Of a stretch of DNA of 33,418 nucleotides, positions 28,039-33,418 are shown in pieces. The position numbers and the translations under genes are program-made. The notes under the pieces were generated by a model. The model searched no databases and was not told the DNA's origin. It was given only the letters and a program-made list of their open reading frames with translations. The stretch lies in the IMG/VR virus record IMGVR_UViG_3300020045_020013, positions 1 through 33,418 of that record. The stretch is one strand, 5' to 3'. Source of the DNA: a virus (lineage: Duplodnaviria > Caudoviricetes). The first letter of the stretch is position 1. Every line of letters starts with the position of its first letter.

Positions 28039-29772
28039 TTAACAAGTGAATTCGGCATCGGGGCGATTATAGTAGGATTCGTTTGTTTCTTCGGGTGTTG
28101 ACATAGAGCCACCTAGGGCATTGATTAAAGCGATGATTCCATCGACACGGCGGCCGTTTGCTCCGGAACGCCCTTTGTGGACTTTTATATTTTCGTTAGC
28201 ATCTGTATAAATCACACAGGATGCCAGCATCCAAGCCACGGCGGGATTTCCATCGTGTTTGATTTTGCCTGAATAAATCAGTTTTTCTAATTCTTTTGTT
28301 GGTGCTGAAATTGTTCCGATTGCCTGCGAAAACTCGGAAACATTTAAGCCCGATTCTTGCAAACCTTGAATTAATTGCGTGGCATTGTATCTATCATACT
28401 CTAAACGTATGACTTTATGCATATGGTATGTACGGTTGATCGTTTCTTCGATTACATCATAATCAATTACGTTCCCAGGCGTTGCTATGATATACCCCAT
28501 ATCTGCCCAATATTGATAGGGTACACGGTCTTCTTTGGAGCGTTTTTCGATGGTGTCTTTAGGGCAAAAAAGATAGAATTTTGCGTAACGGTCGCCTAAT
28601 TCATCGGGTTCTGAAAGTATGACATAAGCGCTTAAATCGGTTGTTGTGGAAAGGTCCAATCCGGCATAAGATCCGTTATCGATAAATTTTTCAAACGGAA
28701 TTGTATCAACTTTTCCTTTCATCCAAATTTCGTTATAGATCCAGTCGAATTCTTGATCGACCCACATATTTAGATTTTTGGTTTTGAAGTTTCGAATTTT
28801 AGATGGCTGATTTAATGCTTTTACAAATTCTTTTTCAATTGCATCGATTTCCAAACCTTGATTTAACAACGGATTAGCTTTGCACCATAATTCTTTGTTT
28901 TCCCAGGATTGTTCTGTTTTTAAATCTTCCTGATCTATATCGTGAATCATTATCCAAAGGGAATTATCGATATTTCGACCTTCCAAAACTTCGATTACCG
29001 ATTCTTCATAACGCTTGCAAGCCGATTGCACATTGGCACCCGCAGTTGTGATGTGATAAATCAGGGCTTGTGTTCGCTGCACGGTGGATGATTCGAGGTT
29101 TTCTTTTACAGTGTCGTCTTTATGGGCGTGGTATTCGTCTATAATTCCGATATGGCAGTTGATTCCATCTTGTGTTTTGGAATCACCTCCCAAAGCTCGC
29201 ATTTTTGAATTGGTAGGACGAAAACCGATAATTCTTTGCATTGCATAGAATCCCATTTTTTTCAAAGCAGGATTCGCCACCGGACTTTCTATAAACATTT
29301 TCGCCTGTTCCCAGCATAAACGGGCTTGTTCTTCTTTAGTTGCTCCTACATAGATTTCGGCTTCCATTTCGAGATCGATACTCATTCCGATTAAACAAAC
29401 GCCTGCCATTTCTGCGGTTTTTCCGTTTTTTTTGGCTCGTTTGTCGTAAACGGTATTGATACGGCGAAATCCGTTTTTGGCATTCATCCAGCCAAAGACA
29501 TTGTACAGTGTAAATTGCTGAAACGGTGCCAACTCAAAGGGTTTTCCTGCCAATTTTCCTTTGGTGTGATTCAGGAATGTTGGGAAGAAATGTATGGCTT
29601 GCATTCCTTTTTGATGGTCGAGATAAAACCCGTCCTGTTCTGCGGTTTCTATCCAACCATAAAAACGCTCCACGGCTTGCTTGATGCGTTTTCCGACAAC
29701 GATTTTACCGGAACGCACATCGGATGCGTATTGGAAAGGGATGGATGAAAGTTGTTGAGGAGTTGGGTTCAT
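28039..29772 (-). CDS. terL: Terminase large subunit
   Basis: AKKNGKT Walker A, IIDEYHAH Walker B, ITTAG, GLDLSTTTDL nuclease, RVDG. Confidence 0.96.
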   Translation of the reverse strand: MNPTPQQLSSIPFQYASDVRSGKIVVGKRIKQAVERFYGWIETAEQDGFYLDHQKGMQAIHFFPTFLNHTKGKLAGKPFELAPFQQFTLYNVFGWMNAKNGFRRINTVYDKRAKKNGKTAEMAGVCLIGMSIDLEMEAEIYVGATKEEQARLCWEQAKMFIESPVANPALKKMGFYAMQRIIGFRPTNSKMRALGGDSKTQDGINCHIGIIDEYHAHKDDTVKENLESSTVQRTQALIYHITTAGANVQSACKRYEESVIEVLEGRNIDNSLWIMIHDIDQEDLKTEQSWENKELWCKANPLLNQGLEIDAIEKEFVKALNQPSKIRNFKTKNLNMWVDQEFDWIYNEIWMKGKVDTIPFEKFIDNGSYAGLDLSTTTDLSAYVILSEPDELGDRYAKFYLFCPKDTIEKRSKEDRVPYQYWADMGYIIATPGNVIDYDVIEETINRTYHMHKVIRLEYDRYNATQLIQGLQESGLNVSEFSQAIGTISAPTKELEKLIYSGKIKHDGNPAVAWMLASCVIYTDANENIKVHKGRSGANGRRVDGIIALINALGGSMSTPEETNESYYNRPDAEFTC

Positions 29773-30603
29773 TTAGAGTGATATTGATTGTAACGGTGAC
29801 TGTATTTTGCTAATCAGGTTGTGCGAAATGTGAGTATAGACCATTGTGGTTTTTACGTTATTATGACCAGCTAATTTTTGGATTAGATTTATATCTGTGC
29901 CATTTTCGACCATGTGCGTAAAGCAGTTGTGACGCATTAAATGGGTGTAAACTCGCTTATTTATTCCTGCTTTTTCTGCCAATTGCTTCATTACCTGATT
30001 TACGCTTGTGGATGAATATTGATCTAAAAACTGTCCTGACAAAATATAAGTTTTGGTTTTGTATTCAGACCAATATTTTTCCAATAACGGAATTAAAGAA
30101 GCATCGAGCATCACCTGACGGTCTTTTTTCCCTTTACCGGCTATAATGTTGATTATCATTCGGGATCTATCGAGGTGGGACCATTTTAAATTTATTAGCT
30201 CCGAAACTCTTAAACCGCAAGAATAAAGCAAAGCCAAAATCACTTTGTGTTTTAGGTTTTCGCAAACACTAAACATCTTCTGAACTTCTTCCTGACTTAA
30301 TACGATTGGCAGTTTCTTTTCGCTTTTTGGATATGGTATTTTCTGAATTTTAGCAGGCATTCCAACAGTAATTTTATAGAATGAATTCAAAGCACAAAGC
30401 CTGTGTTTTCTTGAATTAATTGTAACCGCTTCTAAAAGCCAAAGTTTAATTTTCTCATTATCGATTGACTTTGGTTCAACTTCATTTCCGAATTTATTCA
30501 GAAATACCCAAACTTGTGATTTGTAGTTTTTTCGAGTTGCTTCTGATTCATAAACAAGTTGAATGTCTATCGAATACTTATCGTACCATTTTCGAATATC
30601 CAT
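29773..30603 (-). CDS. IntI-like tyrosine recombinase (276 aa)
   Basis: KLPIVLSQEEV, GLRVSE, GKGKKDR, HLMRH, AGH, TMVYTH, C-terminal SPL; all catalytic residues present; start taken at MDIRKW. Confidence 0.92.
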   Translation of the reverse strand: MDIRKWYDKYSIDIQLVYESEATRKNYKSQVWVFLNKFGNEVEPKSIDNEKIKLWLLEAVTINSRKHRLCALNSFYKITVGMPAKIQKIPYPKSEKKLPIVLSQEEVQKMFSVCENLKHKVILALLYSCGLRVSELINLKWSHLDRSRMIINIIAGKGKKDRQVMLDASLIPLLEKYWSEYKTKTYILSGQFLDQYSSTSVNQVMKQLAEKAGINKRVYTHLMRHNCFTHMVENGTDINLIQKLAGHNNVKTTMVYTHISHNLISKIQSPLQSISL

Positions 30604-30670
30604 AGTGTGAAGTGTTAAGTTTGTTAGTGTTTTATAGTGTGAAATACATATAGTAGTTATAGGCAAGACT
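30602..30670 (+). other. attI-like site
   Basis: First GTTA core (30656) has no hairpin to its left; direct repeats ATAGTGTGAA at 30602-30611 and 30634-30643; next to integrase 5' end. Confidence 0.65.
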
Positions 30671-31118
30671 ACGATTGTGATCCAAAGACGACTATCATAC
30701 TGTCTTTTGTGCCTGATTGTGTTTTTCCTTTGTCGTTTAATGGTAAATAGAAATTTCCGTTTTTATCTAATTTCCCAAACTTAATTCTGCCTTTTAAGAA
30801 CTCAATTTCACTTGCATTTGGTTTGATCCATTCGTGAAATAATTTTGTACTTGTAGATACAGGAATAAGAAAAACAGAAACTTTTCCTTTTTTCATTTCC
30901 TCAACTGCTTTTTTTACAAATTGCTCTTTTAGTTTTTGGCTATAAGGAGGATTTACAAAGTTTGATTTTCCCCATTCAATTTTTAATCCATCGTTTACAA
31001 TTTCTTTTTCGTTGTAAGGACAAGGATCAAAATCGAAATTAAATCGTTTGTTCAATTCCTCATACAATTCTGGAGGAGTTGCGTAATTATCATCATTGTT
31101 AATGTGTATTTTTTTCAT
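30669..31118 (-). CDS. Phage-type DNA N6-adenine methyltransferase (cassette 1)
   Basis: YATP, FDFDPC, FVNPPYS, FLKGRIKF. Confidence 0.88.
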   Translation of the reverse strand: MKKIHINNDDNYATPPELYEELNKRFNFDFDPCPYNEKEIVNDGLKIEWGKSNFVNPPYSQKLKEQFVKKAVEEMKKGKVSVFLIPVSTSTKLFHEWIKPNASEIEFLKGRIKFGKLDKNGNFYLPLNDKGKTQSGTKDSMIVVFGSQS

Positions 31119-31151
31119 AAGAATATTTATTTAAAATTGCCGTCCTGCCTA

Positions 31152-31237
31152 TAACAGCGTATAAGCAAGATACGCTACAACTTTTCTACTTTTATTCAAC
31201 TTTTTCAGTGGCGTACCTCGCTTATACGCAACCGTTA
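31152..31237 (+). repeat. attC-like hairpin 1
   Basis: TAAC-A-GCGTATAAGCAAGATACGCTAC...GTGGCGTACCTCGCTTATACGC-AACC-GTTA. Confidence 0.88.
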
Positions 31238-31246
31238 CTGGCTATG

Positions 31247-31651
31247 TTACCTACTAAGTTCGTTTAGTGCTGAAATCATATTTTCAAAAGCCTTGTCGAA
31301 CTCTTTTTTAGGTATTTCTTTACCTAAAGAATGTACATATCCATAATCTTCTTTTCGTGTGGTAATATTTCCGTCTTTATCGGTTTGGAACGAATAACCT
31401 TTATAATGGCAAGCAACTCCGTTTCCTCTAGTATCATAAACATCATCAGGTTTTATTTCGGTTATTTTTGTATATAACCACCAGTAGTCAGAAGGCTTTT
31501 CTGGACAACTATAATTATTTTTATTTTTAAAGCATTTTCCTTCTAATTTTTTAAATTCAGGATAATGCTCTTCAATCATTGCTTTTTCTTCGGCTTTTGC
31601 AATAGCTTTCAATTGTTTTTGCAATTCTTCTTTTGATAATAAATTTTCCAT
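31247..31651 (-). CDS. Hypothetical protein (cassette 2)
   Basis: 134 aa from MENLLSK. Confidence 0.7.
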   Translation of the reverse strand: MENLLSKEELQKQLKAIAKAEEKAMIEEHYPEFKKLEGKCFKNKNNYSCPEKPSDYWWLYTKITEIKPDDVYDTRGNGVACHYKGYSFQTDKDGNITTRKEDYGYVHSLGKEIPKKEFDKAFENMISALNELSR

Positions 31652-31678
31652 TTTGTTTAGTGTTAAAAACACAGCCAG

Positions 31679-31804
31679 TAACATATGCTACACAATAGCT
31701 GGGTTTCGGGTTAAATTTAAAGTTTGTTTTGCACATTTGTAATCTGTCATTATCCGAAGTCTGGGTGTGTGCTTTTCCCATCCATCGTGTAGCATCCGCC
31801 GTTA
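31679..31804 (+). repeat. attC-like hairpin 2
   Basis: TAAC-AT-ATGCTACACAATAGCTGGG...CCCATCCATCGTGTAGCAT-CCGCC-GTTA. Confidence 0.88.
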
Positions 31805-31813
31805 GTGATAATG

Positions 31814-32119
31814 CTAACCAAAAACAACCTTATCGTAATAAGACAATTTCCAAATAACACTTTCGCTTCTACTTACAATTTCATCGGCAGCATCAATTAT
31901 GTGTTGGTTATTACCTTTTGCCATTTCAATAAATGTTTCTTTGTCAACAACATCGTAAGTATAAATTGGCTCAATTCCAGAAGCCATTTCAAATTCTCTG
32001 CACCAATTTTGTTCTTCTTCTGAAAGTGTATATTTTTCAAAAAGAAATTGAAAATCCTTAGAAGCACTATCACTAACACACGATTGTAGCAAGCTGGCAT
32101 CTGTCTTTAACTTTTTCAT
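31814..32119 (-). CDS. Hypothetical acidic protein (cassette 3)
   Basis: 101 aa; starts inside the hairpin 3 loop. Confidence 0.65.
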   Translation of the reverse strand: MKKLKTDASLLQSCVSDSASKDFQFLFEKYTLSEEEQNWCREFEMASGIEPIYTYDVVDKETFIEMAKGNNQHIIDAADEIVSRSESVIWKLSYYDKVVFG

Positions 32120-32197
32120 TGTTTTGTATTTTTAAAATTAGTTATTAATTTAATTATCAGGCTTATTTTTCCAGCCTGCGACAATCGCCGTCCGTTA
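32074..32197 (+). repeat. attC-like hairpin 3
   Basis: TAAC-ACA-CGATTGTAGCAAGCTGG...CCAGCCTGCGACAATCG-CCGTCC-GTTA. Confidence 0.88.
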
Positions 32198-32207
32198 TGC
32201 ACAAGCA

Positions 32208-32762
32208 CTACCTACGTACTCCGAAATCAGATTTTCGTAATTTACACATCCTGCCATCTGTTATGTGATGAAATACAATTCCTTCAATATCATTTTCGGG
32301 ATTAGATAAATATTCTTTTAAATATTCAAAAGAATCATCTTCTAAACTTAATCTATATTCTCCGTGTCTAATCAAAGCGTGTCTGTTTATTTTTTCTGGA
32401 TTACCTTGTATTTTTTCGCCACAAAGCTCATAAGTTCCGTCAAACCATTTTTCGTGTTTATCGTATGCTTCAAAGAAATATTTGTCTTCTTTTTTAATCC
32501 TATCACATTTCAACCAATGTGGATGATGTCCTGTAATTAAATCAGCTTCTTGACAAGCAATTGCACCATCAGGAATTTGACGTCCTTTTTTAACATCATA
32601 TCTTTTGTAAACTTCTCCGTTAATAATTGCAACAGAAGTTCCATCAAATTTTCTTGTCGGTATTCCTTCTTTAAAAACCCATTCGTTTTCTGGGTTAATT
32701 TCGTTAATTACTCGACCTAAATCATTAGGGTCTTTTTTAAATAATGTACTAATTTTTTTCAT
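32208..32762 (-). CDS. RNA-ligase-like nucleotidyltransferase, DUF5565/RLIG1-like (cassette 4)
   Basis: Motif I RKFDGT, III YELCG, IV EGIVF, V MCKLR. Confidence 0.78.
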   Translation of the reverse strand: MKKISTLFKKDPNDLGRVINEINPENEWVFKEGIPTRKFDGTSVAIINGEVYKRYDVKKGRQIPDGAIACQEADLITGHHPHWLKCDRIKKEDKYFFEAYDKHEKWFDGTYELCGEKIQGNPEKINRHALIRHGEYRLSLEDDSFEYLKEYLSNPENDIEGIVFHHITDGRMCKLRKSDFGVRR

Positions 32763-32805
32763 TTTGTTTGTGTTTGAATTTATCTTAATTACCCGTGCCA
32801 GCGCA

Positions 32806-32934
32806 TAACAGCAGTTACAATATAAACGGGCATTTTGGTTTAATTTAATAATTGTTTTGTTTCAGTATTCATTCGGCAACTCGGAATGCAAACAGCTTGT
32901 TTTATCCCGTTCATCTTGTAGCTGCAAAATGTTA
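32806..32934 (+). repeat. attC-like hairpin 4
   Basis: TAAC-A-GCAGTTACAATATAAACGGG...CCCGTTCATCTTGTAGCTGC-AAAAT-GTTA. Confidence 0.88.
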
Positions 32935-33216
32935 TAAGTAACTTTCCGAGAGCCTAAACGAAACTAAAGTATAAATCCAAGTACTAGCATATTCGTGAGT
33001 TATTCCGTCTTTAAAAAAAACTTTATAAATGTCTGAATTCCCTTTTTGATTAAATCTACTATATTCTATTTTATCAATAGGCTTTTTTTCATTCTTATCT
33101 CCGTAGCGGGTAAAAGTTTTTGTAATATCAATACAGTCTATATTTCCACCATATTTAAAATATTCAGTTAATGAAATCTCTTTAAAAAAGCTACTTATAA
33201 CAGTCGTTTGGCTCAA
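32932..33216 (-). CDS. Hypothetical protein (cassette 5), possibly 5'-truncated
   Basis: Stop is the TTA of the GTTA core; only a TTG start, lying in the hairpin arm. Confidence 0.55.
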   Translation of the reverse strand: MSQTTVISSFFKEISLTEYFKYGGNIDCIDITKTFTRYGDKNEKKPIDKIEYSRFNQKGNSDIYKVFFKDGITHEYASTWIYTLVSFRLSESYL

Positions 33217-33223
33217 TGTCGGT

Positions 33224-33310
33224 ATTGAATATATTTTTGAGGGTGGAGAATATGGACTTGAAAAAGGATTTTGTATTCTAACTATGTCGGGTTACAGGTA
33301 TTGCTTGTAA
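33224..33310 (+). pseudogene. C-terminal fragment of a DUF3850/ASCH-like gene in an inverted cassette
   Basis: IEYIFEGGEYGLEKGFCILTMSGYRYCL*; stop is within a TAAC core; no nearby start. Confidence 0.5.
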
Positions 33311-33337
33311 CGTTCCCTAGCTAAGCGATGTGGCGGA
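33301..33337 (-). repeat. Inverted attC-like right arm and core
   Basis: Minus strand CCGCCACATCGCTTAGCTAGGGAAC-GTTACAAGCAA fits GTTA-N6-A; partner arm would lie beyond the window. Confidence 0.55.
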
Positions 33338-33418
33338 CGATTCAAGACCCAAGCCTAACAAAAATACACTAATTATTAAATTTTTTGTATATTTACCTTA
33401 AAAATGAAATTTACTATT

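Larger units (their letters stand above)
30657..33222 (+). mobile_element. Integron-like array of five gene cassettes
   Basis: Units 30657-31234, 31235-31801, 31802-32194, 32195-32931 and 32932-~33222, each with one ORF, self-matching ends and a hairpin (fifth incomplete). Confidence 0.88.
1..33418 (-). mobile_element. Temperate siphovirus genome segment (HK97-type head), excised/circular arrangement
   Basis: Ordered terL-portal-protease-capsid-connector-tail-tape measure-lysis modules, then attP, integrase, repressor and replication genes; no host housekeeping genes. Confidence 0.95.

Noticed and set aside
30604-30666. TTG-started N-terminal extension of the recombinase
   Set aside because: It runs across the attI-like core; ATG at 30603 is more plausible
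31572-31781. 69 aa ORF across hairpin 2, and ORFs 31897-32100 and 31805-32023
   Set aside because: They overlap better ORFs and read through repeat DNA; probably incidental
30656-33337. CRISPR array, simple terminators or shufflon
   Set aside because: Repeats are not identical direct repeats, spacers are whole genes, stems lack U-tracts, and the ORFs are complete unrelated genes rather than alternative C-termini

Overview
Most of a temperate, HK97-fold siphovirus genome, AT-rich and almost all on the minus strand. The host is probably a Flavobacterium-type Bacteroidota, inferred from protein signatures. Left to right: replication genes (DnaB-like start, initiator with internal iterons), early genes, CI-like repressor, tyrosine integrase, an attP carrying the 3' half of tRNA-Arg(TCT), lysis genes, tail, head, portal and TerL. 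Phage genes and arm-type repeats lie on both sides of the att core, so this is the excised or circular form. The stand-out feature is at 29773-33418, directly upstream of terL: a second, IntI-like tyrosine recombinase, an attI-like site and at least five single-gene cassettes separated by attC-like hairpins. Each cassette is bounded by its own matching ~15 bp inverted repeats. This looks like a non-canonical phage-borne integron. The genes run opposite to the canonical cassette orientation, the integrase lacks the IntI-specific insertion, and the cargo includes an adenine methylase and an RNA-ligase-like protein. Family assignments come from motif recognition by eye; no database searches were run.
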